A stretch of DNA of 64,000 nt, taken from contig MU058065.1 in the NCBI GenBank assembly GCA_013265495.1, forward strand, positions 6,200,302-6,264,301. The letters run 5' to 3'. The stretch is from Vicugna vicugna (taxonomy: Eukaryota). A program made the translations under genes and the position numbers. The notes under the pieces were generated by a model. It worked only from the letters and a program-made list of their open reading frames with translations, ran no database searches and was not told the DNA's origin. Each line of letters begins with the position of its first letter. The stretch's first letter is position 1. Shown here in pieces: positions 24,047 through 36,900 of this stretch.

Positions 24047-24510
24047 GTGAGTCTGGGATTGAAACGGGGGAGAAGAGAAGGGAGTCAATGGGAACCAGGG
24101 AGGAGCGTGGAGAAAGCTGATGGGAGTGCTAAGAGACACAGTAAAGAGAGATGTTTCAGGCTGGGGGAAAGGGGGGAGTGAGGTGGTGGGAGACTTAGAG
24201 GCAAGGGGAAGTGAGATAATGGAGAAGAGGAAGAGGGCAGGAAATAAGATAACAGGAGTGGGGGGAGATGTGGGGATAGGGGAAGGGATTGAAAACATGG
24301 ATGAGGAAGCAGTGGGGGGTGGGAATAGGAAATGAGGTAAGGAAGGTGTTAGGAAGACCTGGAGCCTTGGGCAGGGCAAGGGGAGATCCGTGTAGGGAAA
24401 ATAGTATTGGAGCCGGGGTATGGGAGCTGAGAAAGGAGGAGTAGCAATGGAGGAAATCGCTTAGGGTAGGGGCAGAGCCTACTTACAACCTCATGCCCTT
24501 ACTGGCCTAG

Positions 24511-24658
24511 GTGGGTGGCCTACCAGTACCCAGGCTACCGGGGCTACCAGTATGTATTGGAGCGGGACCGCCATGGAGGGGAATTCCGTAACTACAGTGA
24601 ATATGGCACGCAAGCCCACACCGGGCAGCTGCAGTCCATTCGGAGAGTCCAGCACTAA
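24511..24658 (+). CDS. CRYBA2: Beta-crystallin A2, coding exon 4 to TAA
   Basis: [48 protein letters not shown]; total CDS 594 nt = 197 aa. Confidence 0.97.
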
Positions 24659-24693
24659 GCTCCATGGCCCCAGCGCCTCCCTGGAGGACCTTC

Positions 24694-24699
24694 AATAAA
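24694..24699 (+). terminator. CRYBA2 polyadenylation signal
   Basis: AATAAA 35 nt after the stop, followed by pyrimidine/GT-rich sequence. Confidence 0.85.
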
Positions 24700-26399
24700 A
24701 GCTCCTGAAACTGTCTGCCCCTCTTGCCTCCTTCTTCGTGTCTCGCTTTGCGATCTCCATCCTTATCTTTCTGAGGGTCTTTCTCTTCCAACTTTACCCT
24801 ACCCTCAGGCTCCAAGACCCTTGACTATGAAGTGTACACTGGCTTAAGATGTATGTGCCTGATAGGGCTGAGATGAAACTCCTGGTAAGAATCCTGGGGA
24901 TCCTGCTAAATATAACCAGTCCCACACCTCTGCCTGGTAAAGGCCTATCAGCTTGGATCAGTGGTACAGCTTGTCCAGATGGCACATTTGCCATTCTTTG
25001 TTTTGGGTGAATACAGCCCCACAGCAGGACTGATGGCTGAATTTCAATCTCCACACACCCCCTTAGCCAGGCACCATCATGTGGGGCAGAACCTCCTTAA
25101 CTCTGCAGAGCCCTGTTGGGTTCCTCTCTAACCCCACCCAACCCTGAGCATTTCCAGGCTTTATCTTCACCCTAGCTCCCTATCCAGCCTGAGGGAAGTT
25201 TGCACTCCTTTCCCAGCTTTGTAGAATCTTTGCCTTATAGAGAAGCAAGGGTGTGAGATGGGTAATTGGTGGGAGGCCCTCGCAGGGCCTTCTAAGGGGG
25301 AGACATGAGGGGAGATGTGCCCTAGGCCTCTGAATAACAATCCCTCCTATGGTATTGAGCTCCAACATTTAAAAAGTGTTTTCATGCCTCTCCTCTCAGC
25401 TGTCTGGAACAACCCCCTCTTCATTCTTCATCTCCCTCCCCACACTTCAGAGGAATAGTGAACTGAAGAGGTCATAGCTATGGTGGTGCTAAGTGTGATA
25501 GCAGCCATCAGAGTCCATGGCATCAATGTAATTTCTTCCTAGTTCCCCCTTTAGCCTAGTTAATGATAACCTTGGTCCCACAAAGGCAGGGCCTTCAAGA
25601 CCCTTGGAATGCCCTTCATCCTGTCCCTCAGGGACGCTTGTGTTTTCATGTCCCTAGTGAACCTATCAATGGGGAGGGGTGGCCCAGATCATCACCTCAA
25701 CCCAGGGGAGTCGAGGCGATGTTGGAGAATGGTCGCACTTGGACCTGGGAAGTCCCCAGGGTCCCAGCTGTACAAAGTTAGGCATCTGCTCCCTTGCGAA
25801 GAGCCCTGGACCAGAAGTCAAACACCTGGGATAGCAACCACATAGCATTCCTGAGCCTCAATTCCCTCCCCTAAAAGCTGGCGCTACTGATCCCTGCCTT
25901 GTTTTTCTCACAGGGTGGTTGTGAGGATTCAAGGAGAACCCCCTGAAAATGCTTATGGTTTTATGGAAAAACACTGGGGCAGTTACCACAAGAACTTCCC
26001 TCTCCTGCCTCCCCCCAGGGATCCCAGTGTTGGGTCAGGGGACCAAGGGACTAAGTTCTATGTGGGGTATGAATTCTGCTTTATACGTGGATAGGTTCTG
26101 GAGTCCATAGCCATGTTGCATTTGATCCTCCTAACAGCTTCCATACTTCATCTATTTCACCAATGAAGAAACTGTAGCTCTTCAGAGAGGGAGAAGCCTT
26201 GATGAAGTCATCCACTTAATTGGTGACAAAGCCCTGAACACAGGGCTTCTGACCCCAATTCCAGGCTGTTAAGTGGACACTGACCTGAGATGTGGCCAAA
26301 AGCCTCAGGCCTCAGCAGAACCCCAAAACTTTGTGGGCCCCAGAGGAGCCTCAGGTTCCTGCGTGGTCACAGGATTCTGGTCACCTTGGAGGATGGTAA

Positions 26400-26640
26400 T
26401 GGTAACAACAGCTAAATGTATACAACCTTGTCTGAGCACTCAGCCTGTGTTATATAAGCCTCATAATTAATTCTGTATGGTGGATACTATAATCCTCATT
26501 TTACAGATGAAGAGACTAAGGTACAGAGGTTATGTAACTTCCCCCCAAGTCACACCACTGGGAAATAGGGGCTCTGGAGTTGAACCCAGACCCAGACAAA
26601 CTGGCCCCAGAGCGCAGCAGCCCATCTCTCCACTGCCTGA
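26400..26640 (-). mobile_element. MIR SINE
   Basis: ctcattttacagatgaagagactaaggtacagaggttatgtaacttcccccaagtcacac. Confidence 0.7.
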
Positions 26641-28599
26641 CTTGGAGAGCAGCTAACAGGCAAAGGGAGATCTGGTATCCACAATTGGCTGAGCTGCCCT
26701 CCCTCCAGGAAGATCCATGGCTACCAGGGTGAATTAGCAAGATGACTTCAGGAACTGGCAGTATGATCTGACCAGGGCATGCCCTGTCTCTAGGTCTCTG
26801 TCCCCCACCTATACAATGAGGGTGTTGGGGAGCTAATGTTTGATGCAGCCTTTGCCAGCATGGACCTTCTAGGTTTTCTCAGACCCTGGGGTCCAATTCT
26901 GCTCCCCACACCAACAACAAAGGAGTGGGGGGAGGGAGCAGAGGCCAGGCTGGGCCTGAGTGTTTTCACCTTCCCATCCTCCTCCCATTCTTGCAGGCTG
27001 ATGGTCTTCAGAACCCTGTGGGTCCCACATCTAGCCAGGTGGGGGGAGGATGGAGGGGAAGTTGCCTGGACTCACGCATTGGCTGCACACAGCCAGAAGC
27101 CAAAAGGGATGGAGAAGGCCATCTTCTTTCTAGTGGTGCAGCCAAGATCCAGGTAGGGTGGGGGGACACCCCTCCCTCACAAACTCCTTCCAGAACCCAC
27201 CCACCCCTTCAGTCCCTGAGTCCTCAGTGAGGTGGGGATCAGAACCTGAGCTACTGGTTCTGTACAAGCTAAGAGCTGGGATGTCCGGATAGACATCTCC
27301 ACTCTGAGCACCTGTCCCTCTGCATCAGCCTCCTGCTGAGAGCATTAAGTGGGTGAAACTTGCTGCTTCCCCACTCTGGAAACTCTGGCTTCCTGCTCCC
27401 CACTTTCTATCTGGGGAAGAGACAAGGAGGCATGAAGGAGAGGGATTGGGACTCAGCCCCACTCTCAAGGCCTTGCCCTCCTTCAGAGCCCTGAGTTTGT
27501 CCCTAGGGAGCATCCCAACCTCTCTTCCTTCTCCCACTAGATTCCACCTCCACATCCTGAAGGCTCCATCTCTGTCCCTTTAGGGTCCTCCACAGTCCTG
27601 GGATCACCCTATTTTGCCCTAGACTCACCTCCCATGCTCCTCCTTGGTTCCCTCTGATTTTTGCACCTTCCACCAGCAAGGAGGAACACCTCACCAGTTA
27701 CAGCAAGTGAGAAATGCACAGGGGCCCTACAGAACCACCCCCACCCTATGCTGGACTTTCCAACCAACCTCAGTCAGGCACCCCAGGACCAAGGATCCTG
27801 CAAGAAACTTGCCCACTCCAATCCCAGTTCCCTGGCCTCCTCACCTCCTGGACTCAAGCAGTGGAAGAGAAAAGTCTTGAGATTACCAATTTTGACAAGA
27901 GCCATTAGGTGCTGCGTGGCTGCAGGTGGGCTCCTGGCCCTGAGCCTCATTTTCAGCCAGATCCTTCCTTGGAGGGCCTCCTCAGGGCCAGGAAGCCCCA
28001 CAGGAACCCAGAGACTCCAGGACACCTGGGAACCACATCAGCTTTGTTAATACCCAATCAGTATCTTTGCCCTTTCTCAAGGTGGATGTATTTTTACTCC
28101 TGGGTTGGGATCCTTGTACAGTGCACAAGCCCATTTTAACCTCTCTACTACTACAGCAAGAAGACAATTGCAGCCTACTTCAAGGATAACCAGGATGAGA
28201 GTAGTTGTGAGGTCAAATGGTAGGCTGGGATGATGAGGGATGGGGGAAGATAGGAAAGAAATAGTTGTTGGGGAAGAGTAGAAGGGGGATCAGGAGTCAA
28301 CCATATGCCACAAATTAGTGGGGAACAAATGAATGAGAAAAGGGAAAGAAAGAGAGAGATGGTACAGAGAGGTACAGAGGAGACATGAGGGGAGAAGGGA
28401 GTAGAAGGGACTAGATGGAAGGAGAGACCTAGGAAGGGGGACGAAGGGCAACCCACTAAAATTTGTAGGGTAGACGGCCTAGCACTGGTCCAGAGGCCTG
28501 GGAGCCCCAGAAAGGAAGGAAACATGCAAAAGCAAGAGGGAGAGAGGGAAGGAGATCGGGTCTCCAGGGAAGAGAGGAGAGTGGGAGACGAGAGGGAGA

Positions 28600-29110
28600 A
28601 GTAGCGGGGATAGGTGGTGGGAGGAGCGGAGATAAAGGGAGCAACGTCTGCCGGCCTGGAGCGAAGCGACAGGCGAGAGGGAGGGAAGCGGAAATTTAAA
28701 AGTGAAGATGCAGATAACGCAGCCTGGAGACGGGAACCCGGGTGGGGGTGGGGGGAGGAAGGGGGAGGAGAGTAGAGCGGTGAGGGGGTGGGGGAATGGG
28801 TGGGAAGGAGTGGGGGCACTTTGGCCCTGGGGGTCCGAGGTGGGGCCCGGTACCCCGCCCCATCTCTGTTTGCTCAGAGTCAGGGAGGCGGAAAAGAAAT
28901 GTCCTCCTGACCCCTATCAGAGCGCGAGGCCCAGGCCCATCCCCCGCGCGTCTCCCGGGTTGCGGGGTGCTGGGGGCTGCTGGGTGCGCTTGGCTGCCGC
29001 GCGGCGCGTTGGAGACTTTATTGCGATGGGGCGATAAGAGGGGCGGGGGCGGGGTCCGGGGGGCCGAGGCGGCAGCACTTTAATTAAAACGGAAATTGCG
29101 GCCCCTGCCC
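28600..29110 (+). promoter_or_regulatory. FEV upstream/promoter region
   Basis: GATA motifs AGATAA 28630 and 28712, GATAAG 29033; ETS-type CGGAAAT ~28689 and ~29090; GC boxes 29041-29054; AT-rich TTAATTAAAA ~29080; CpG island. Confidence 0.65.
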
Positions 29111-29355
29111 GCTCGGGGGGCCGGAGGGTTCCAAGCAGCCTGGTAGCTGGGAGCATCGCTCCAGGACCCCCTCCATCCCCTGCCACACCCGGGCAGCCCC
29201 CTCCCGCCAGGCCCTGCCGGACCTAGTGCCGTCTTCTCCCAGTCACCCGCGGTCGCCTCTGGCGGGGATCGTTGCCCCGGAGCGCAAAGCCTGACGAGAT
29301 CCCCCTCTCTCACCTCCCCACCCCCCCACCTCCCACCGCCCAGTCCCTGGCGGCG

Positions 29356-29407
29356 ATGAGACAGAGCGGCGCCTCCCAGCCCCTGCTGATCAACATGTAC
29401 CTGCCAG
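29356..29407 (+). CDS. FEV: FEV (Pet-1) ETS transcription factor, coding exon 1
   Basis: MRQSGASQPLLINMYLP(D); G|GTACCA donor. Confidence 0.93.
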
Positions 29408-30134
29408 GTACCAGGGACCAGCCGGGGGCTGGAGGCACCAGGACTCGGGTCGGGAAGTCTGGGCTGGGGCATGGGAATGGGATGCTGGGGCCCAAGGGAA
29501 GGGGTAGCTGTCCAGAGACTCGGATCGGTGGGAAAACTAGGGTACAGGGAGACCTTAAAACCAGATGGAGAGCTTTGGGGGTTTAGTGCGAGGTATAGAG
29601 GACTTGAAGTGAGCAGACTAGGAGCCTGGGAAGCCGAGAGCGCCAGCCCAGGGTCTGAAAGCCTGGTAGAGGGCAGAGGTCTTCGGTGTGGCGGGGACTC
29701 ATTGCGCGTGCAGTGTTGGGAGGCTGTGGTCAGCCGGGCGTCGCCCCTGCACCCTGGTGGCTCCTCACCTCCATGCTCCGAGCATTCCCACCAGCCCAGC
29801 CTTCCAGGCGCCCTTTTCTCTCCAATGGGCTCCGCGCTCCGGCTCGGCTGGCGCAAACCCCGCTCGGCTTTATAAGGCTCCCGCCGGCCCGTTCGGAAAG
29901 CGGATTTCCTTTTTCCTGGACGCGTTTCCTGACTTGGGCGTTATGGAGGGGCTCCGCGCGGCGCGCGCCAGGGCCAGGCTCCGGGAGGAGGAGTCGGACG
30001 GCTCGGGCCCCCAGCCTCGCGCCCGGGGAACTAAGGCACCCCCTCTTCCCTCTCGAGCCTTGGTCCGGGTCCCTTTCAGTCAAGCCCGCAACCTCCGCCT
30101 GGGTCCGCCTGACTGTTTTCTTCTGCTGCCACAG

Positions 30135-30209
30135 ATCCCGTCGGAGATGGTCTCTTCAAGGAAGGGAAGAGCCCAGGGTGGGGGCCGCTGAGCCCCGCGG
30201 TGCAAAAAG
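30135..30209 (+). CDS. FEV: FEV coding exon 2
   Basis: ccacAG / G|GTGAGC; (D)PVGDGLFKEGKSPGWGPLSPAVQK(G). Confidence 0.93.
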
Positions 30210-32181
30210 GTGAGCTGACCGGCGGACTGGAAGGGCCGAGGCGAGGACAGTGGATTGGGTCGGGGCATCCACCCCAGAAGGATGGGCTCCACTGCCACCG
30301 GAAGAGTGGGTGGGAGTGATGTGCACTGCTGGGCTCTGGGAAGCAGAGGGTCTGGGCCTGATTGTGGGGAGGATGGCGAGGGGAGAGGGGAACATTCATT
30401 TGGCCTTTGGCTCCTTCATCTTCTGAGACCCAGGGTTGAACTTGCAGGCCGAAGCAGACAGAGAGAACCCTGTCCCCACTACCCACTTTTGGGCTTTGAA
30501 GGTTTTCGAGATGTGGGGCTGGGAGGCTGAGGCGCTTGGTGTCCTTTCCCTGATGTCCCAGAGAATTACCCAGAGAATCGCTCTCTGGACACTGCAGGCA
30601 GAGTCACCACTAGCACCGGGGCCATCACCTATCTGCCCCACTGGCTCCCGCCAGACAGGCTCTGCTGGCCAAGTCCTCTGGGCCATTGTAATTGATTCCC
30701 AGGTTCACAGTCAGCTCTCTGCTGGCCGCTAAATTACCTTCAGCTGTCCTTTATTGGCAGCTGAACCTGGCCGGCCTTCTAGGCAAAGCGTCTCCACAGG
30801 TCCCCACCCAGTCAGTACCTTAGATCTCACCAAGTTACAGTAACCAGAAAAATAAGGTCGGCAACTGCTGTATGCAAAAGGGGACATAACACCCAACAGG
30901 AATGAGTTTCCAAGCCTCTATGTCCCTCAGTACCAGATGCACATTTTTATTCAAACCTTCCCATTCTTCTGACCCTAAAATTCAACGCTCCTGACCTGAA
31001 GCCAGGTACATCCTCCCTTGGCTGGTGTGGAGGGAATGTGGTTGAAATCAGGGTGGAGGGCAGCATCTGGGTCCTCACCGAGTCACTGAAAAAAAGAAGA
31101 GAGGTTTGCTGGGCTCAATTTGAAACAATAATCAGACAACTTTGAGGAAAATCCATTTTATTCTGAAAATGTGTGTGTTTGCATGTGTGTGTGTATGGAG
31201 GGGATTCTATCAAGATTTTTCTCCACTTGTCTGATTGAGACTGCAAAATAGGGAAGTGGGAATTCTCTCTCATCACCTGCTTATCCAGGGAAAACCTCCT
31301 GGCCACTTCTAGCAACCCCCAAAAATCCAGATGGGGCCAAAGAACCTGGAGATTGACCAAAGATGGGAGGAGACAGGGAGCCAAGCCCAGAGGCTTCCTG
31401 GTCTCATCTCCTCTCATCAGAGCTGTGCATCACACCCCCAGGGAAGTATGACTCCTTGATGTGCTGAGAATCCCGCCTGTTCCGAAAAAAAGAGGCCAAA
31501 CTATCGCTGGCAAGGGTGGGGAGCCTTCAAAGGCTGCCATTCCTCTCACACATAGGGGGCCACTGTCTCCATTCTTGTCTGACCTGGTAACGCAGGAAAG
31601 CCAGCCACCATCTCTTCTCCACCTCAGGCTGGGGGTACAACTGTATGCTTTGTCCAGCGGCGGAAGCGATCCTGCTGCAGGCCTCCCTCTTCCCTCTGGA
31701 TCTCTGGGCTAGCTGGGATGCGGCAATCCAACCACCTACGTAGGCTATCCTGTGCGATTGTGCAGGTTCTTCACTGAATAAGGGCGCTCAACCGAGGGGC
31801 TGATATCTGGCCTTTGCTTACAGTGGAAAGCCATGTGCCTTGGTGAGCCGCTGCCTCCTTATAGAGGAGGTGGTGCTTCCCCCGCTTCCCCCAATTCTCA
31901 CAAAGCTGTGCGCCGGCGGGACTGCGTCCTTCCAAGTGGGAATTGCGTTTCCATTGTGCAAAAGAGCGGTACTGGCTAGGGACGGTTTTGCTAATCTGCG
32001 CCTCCCTGCAATCCTCGCCAGCTACCGTCAGTTACACAGCTGGACGTGCCCTTTTCCTCTTTGACAGCAGTCCTTCTTCCCTCTCCCCCGTCCCCTAAAT
32101 GGGTGGGTCTCTCTCCTCACCTCTTCCCCCGCCGCCAGCCTCCCTCATCCCGCCTGTGACCGATTGCCGCCCTCCCCACAG

Positions 32182-32768
32182 GGAGCGGGCAGATCCAGCT
32201 GTGGCAGTTTCTGCTGGAGCTGCTGGCGGACCGCGCGAATGCCGGCTGCATCGCTTGGGAGGGTGGCCACGGCGAGTTCAAGCTCACGGACCCAGACGAG
32301 GTGGCGCGGCGCTGGGGCGAGCGCAAGAGCAAGCCCAACATGAACTACGACAAGCTGAGCCGCGCTCTGCGCTACTACTATGACAAGAACATCATGAGCA
32401 AGGTGCACGGCAAGCGTTACGCCTACCGCTTCGACTTCCAGGGCCTGGCGCAGGCCTGCCAGCCGCCCCCCGCGCACGCCCACGCCGCGGCGGCCGCCGC
32501 CGCCGCTGCCGCCGCGGCCCAGGACGGGGCCCTCTACAAGCTGCCGGCCGGCCTGGCGCCGCTGCCCTTCCCTGGCCTCTCCAAACTCAACCTCATGGCC
32601 GCCTCGGCCGGCGTCGCGCCCGCCGGCTTCTCCTACTGGCCGGGCCCGGGCCCCGCCGCCACCGCCGCTGCCACCGCTGCGCTCTACCCCAGCCCGGGCT
32701 TGCAGCCCCCGCCCGGGCCCTTCGGCACGGTGGCCACCGCCTCGCACCTGGGGGGCCATTACCACTAG
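32182..32768 (+). CDS. FEV: FEV coding exon 3: ETS domain, 12-Ala tract, stop
   Basis: [14 protein letters not shown]...[23 protein letters not shown]...HLGGHYH*; total CDS 714 nt = 237 aa. Confidence 0.98.
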
Positions 32769-33289
32769 ACGGGGTGGTCAGGTGCCGCGGCCTCCCCCAT
32801 GGTTCCTTTGACCTTAGATCTTACTCCGCCCGCTGCACCCAGCCCCGAGGGAAGGGACCTGAAATCACTTCAATCTTCCTTTAACACTGGATTTGTTCTC
32901 ATTTCACCCCCCAACCCCCAAAGGAGGGTTACTGTACCCCCACTTCCTCTAACCTTCTTCTAGACCCCAGATCCCTGAAGGGGGTTCCCGGGTCTCCCCT
33001 ATTTTTTTCCTCTCCTCCACCTGCACTTCCCTCTGGCTCCTGAAAGCCTTTCCATTGCGACCCCTCTCTTTCCAATTCCAAATCTTTTCTCATTTTTCTC
33101 TCCCCCCATGGAGCTGCCACTGTGGCTGAGGCCCTGCACAGTCCACCTTCTCCTCCCCTGGCACCTCAGCGGGCTTGGTAAGGGCCACTGCCCGCCCCCC
33201 CCAACGCGTCTAAGTAGCTTCTGGGCCCCCTTCCTCCCGCCGCCACTTTCCCGTAGGACTGCCTTGTATTTCTATTCCCTTCCAGACCG

Positions 33290-33295
33290 ATTAAA
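33290..33295 (+). terminator. Probable FEV polyadenylation signal ATTAAA
   Basis: ATTAAA ~520 nt after the stop, TGTA upstream, CT/GT-rich downstream. Confidence 0.65.
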
Positions 33296-33940
33296 GCTCC
33301 CAAGTTCCCCGCTGCCTACTCTCTCTGTTCTTAGCTGCACCAGAACCTTCTTGGGGCGGGGACGGTTGTGAGATGCCCAGCTCAGGCATGAGCAGAAAGG
33401 CCTGCTAAGGAAGAGATCGAGAGAATGAGGGCAGGCAGGTTTGGGGGCCAACGGAGGGAAGCGCAGAGCCTCTAGTGCGAGGGTTCAGACTAAGAGGGGA
33501 GGCCCTGCTGCAACCCCCTCTCCCATCTGGTAGTCGACCCCCTGGCCAGCCTCACCCAGCCTTCCACCTGCCCATTCACCCCACCCCATCCCAACTTCCC
33601 TCCCAACGCGTACAGGCATCGTATCTTCCCCTGTCTCACTCATCCTTCCACCTGTTCCTCACCTCATTCATCCCAACCTCCAGCCCGCCTTGTCTCATCT
33701 TCACGCCACCTCAGTCTTTCCTCACTCCATTTCATCGCCTTCCCCACTTCCCCTCTCCTCGCCATCCTACCCTAATTCCGACTTTCTCTCCCACCTTTAC
33801 TCACAAACAGCCTGCCCCTCTATGTCCAGTGCTATCTTTTCAATGGACCTGCCTCCTCATTTTCAGGAGGGAACCTCCCTTTCTGCGCCTCCCACTCCCC
33901 TCCGGGATTTGCGGCTGCAACCGCCTTCTCGCGGGTGGCG

Positions 33941-33959
33941 CGCGCCCTCTGCTGGTCGG
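33941..33959 (-). promoter_or_regulatory. CTCF motif, reverse, 3' of FEV
   Basis: Minus strand CGACCAGCAGAGGGCGCG, a perfect CCASYAGRKGGCRS core, in a CpG-rich patch. Confidence 0.75.
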
Positions 33960-36900
33960 ATCAGGGAAAGGCAGAGTCAGGTTTTGTCGCTAAGCTGGGG
34001 ACCAAGGGCCAGAGGATCCGACACTTCCTGGCTAACTTTGGCCTTCAGAGAGGAGGGTGAAAGGGAGAAATCTCAGCCCTGCATTCCAGGTCCGGCCTCA
34101 AGAAGTCCGGGAAGTGGGTCAAGAGGGTCATTTTCCTGACTACCTGAGGCCCTTCTGGATACCGTGCCCACTCTCCACGGCTCTTATGATCTCTTTACCT
34201 TTTACAAAACCTATTGGCAAGAACACTGATTTAAGCACGTTTCCTTAGGTAGAAACAACATTGGGGAAAACACCTGAAGTGACAGTCAGAACTTTGAGTT
34301 GCACACCGAGGCAAGACCCTTGCTCCACCTTCCCCATGTTCCTAGTGTTTCTTTCCCAGGGGCCACATCTCTTCCTGGACTAAAGATTCCTTGCTGGTTG
34401 GTGGGCTCCCACAAAGCGATTGAGATTTCCCTGTGCCTTGTGGACAGGAAGGGAAATGCAAGTGGAAGTCAGGACAACAAAGTACAGTGAGGACCTGAAT
34501 GCCCCTTCCCAAAGGGAAGGAAGTCATCGAGGTCCATCTAAGAAGAGTCTTTATTTCTTTCATTTCACCTTCAATTTTTTTCTGGTTTTCCAAATAACAT
34601 ACTCAGCATAGAAAATTTTGAAAATACACAATAGGGCCTCTACTAAATATTAGTTGGATGAAGCATGTAATGAAACATGAGGGAAAAAAACACTTATAGT
34701 CTCATTACCCAGAGGCCATTATTTACAACTCTTTGTCATAATCCCCTTCTTTTCCTTTAAGCTCCTTAGAATTGAACGATATCCTGTTTTAGTCCTTTAA
34801 CATTTATGGTGTTACACCCTCTAGACCTCATGGGGTGGGGGGTGGGATCATGTATTCCAGGGAGCAGATAGATGGCCAGAGGAGGAGGCCAGCCTGGTGA
34901 GGACCTCAGCGACTTGGAAGGAGAGGCAAAGGGCTTTTTTTGCAGGGGACAGAAACTGGGAGAGAAAAAGAATGCACTGGGGAGATAGAACCAGGTTCCA
35001 GAAAGATCTGGGCTGCTAAAATTATGGGTTGACTGTAAAAAGGTGCAATTTCCTGGCAAGGAGTGTGAGGCCCTGTCCTTAGATCTTTAAAAGCCAAAGT
35101 ATGAGACAAAGCAGGGCAAGGGTAGGGCTTAGTAGAGCCTGTGTGTAAATTAGTGGTGTCCTAGTCAACACAATGTTACATGGGAGCACTGGAGTATAGG
35201 AGTGAATGCGGAAAAACCACTGTGATCTGAGGATGCACTGATGCATCTATGGCACTTAGGATGAAGGAAATGGTCTACTTGCTGTAATGATTGCACTCTC
35301 AGCATATTGTACGTGGTGTTAGACAACACTTTCAAGAATACTTTCAATGGAGAACAGAGTAGTGGACCCAGGAAGTGAAGAGAAAGAATGCTAGAAAACC
35401 AATCATGGGAGATGTAGTCTGGAAATCATAGTGGGGAAAGAGGCACAGGAACTGTCCTCAATTATTCAAAGAGCGGCCCTGTGGCAGAGTACCTGGATCC
35501 ATGTGACTAAGACCAGTACTGGGATATGTGGTAGAAAGCTACAGTGAGACAAATATGTCAGTTTAATCTAATGAAGAACCTTCTGCCACGGATCACGCCA
35601 GATGAGGAGTGCTCTGTTGCTGGAGTATTCAGCAGAGGCTTCCTTGGGAGTTTGAGAATGGAGGTGGACTAGGTGACTTCAGTCTTGGGACTCTTGAAGT
35701 CCTGTGAGTGAGTTGGTAAAGGAGGGATTTCAGGTATCATTGGGAAGCTGGGAGAGGTGTTGTTAGATGGGGGGGTCTTTTTGTCTGTGATATCACATCC
35801 CTAAAGCTCACCCTGCACACAGAGCCAGTTCGGGAAGCTAAGATATAGCACTAGGCATTAGAAAACCTAAGTTCTGGTTCCAGCTTGGCAATTGACTTGC
35901 TATTTGACCTTCAGATAATTCTTCCGGGATTCCAGTTTACTGTGATCTTGGGATGACTGGACTACACCGAAGCCCTGATGAATCCACAATGTTAATACAC
36001 TCAGCTTCCTGATGGTCCAGGCCTGTCCTCATTGACCCTTTACCCCTTGGTCCTTGGCCTTCCAAGGTTTTGATTCTACCATTGCTTCTCTCTCCCAGTC
36101 CAGTGTCCAGCCCCTCTTGCATTCCCTGAAGGTCTGAGCCTTTTCTCTATCATCTCTTCATTCACGTCACTGGTGGCTCACTCATGTCACATATGGCTCA
36201 CTCCCCCACTCCCTGCTGTTTGCTTACACTACAGAGTTTACAGAACACTTTCACATTCATTGTTCTATTAATCCGTTCAAGATCAGGGAGGAAGACAGGG
36301 CAGGGATTGCTTTTTCCACTTGGAGGATAAGTAAATCAAAGCCCAGGATGTTAAGAGACTTGTTCTAGGACCTGTATATTCTGGTTCCTCCCCAGGCCTT
36401 TTCCAGTGCTCTTAGGGGTTTCTCCATAGTCCTAAGTGGCCTTAGTTACTGTGTTTGTAGAGTTGCTGCCCCTGCCCTCCTGGGATTACACAGACCCAAC
36501 CCTTGTCTTCTCCAGTACCATGTGCTCCACGTGACGAAGCTCCAATTGCCTCCACTTGCAGATGGAATCAGAGGTCCAACTAGCATGCTGTGTGAGGACA
36601 TCCATGTCCACACTGCCTGAGACCTACAGTCACAGAACAATGATGCCACCTAGGACACCAAGGCTAACTTCTTATACATTAGCTCATGTGATCAGAAGAC
36701 AAACATCAAAATGGGTTGCTGTGATGTGCTTTTCTCAGAGCCTTCTGCTTTTCTCATCTTCATTTTCCCATCCAGATGTCTTTAAAATGCACTTAACTGC
36801 AGCTTGTTCCTCAAACTTTTTAATAATTCATATCAAGTAGACCTGCTGATAATAAAAATGTGCCCTACCATTCACTGGACCAGACTCTGTGCCAGACTCT

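Noticed and set aside
29224..29355. Possible long N-terminal extension of FEV
   Set aside because: An in-frame TAG at 29224-29226 and no in-frame upstream ATG; only a TTG 28 codons upstream.
32145..32765. 206-aa minus-strand ORF antisense to FEV exon 3
   Set aside because: Antisense shadow of a GC3-rich coding exon.
32890..32900. TTTGTTC in the FEV 3' UTR as a miR-375 target site
   Set aside because: It is identical to the seed, not complementary; a target needs GAACAAA on the mRNA. I saw none in the CRYBA2, FEV or CDK5R2 UTRs by eye.
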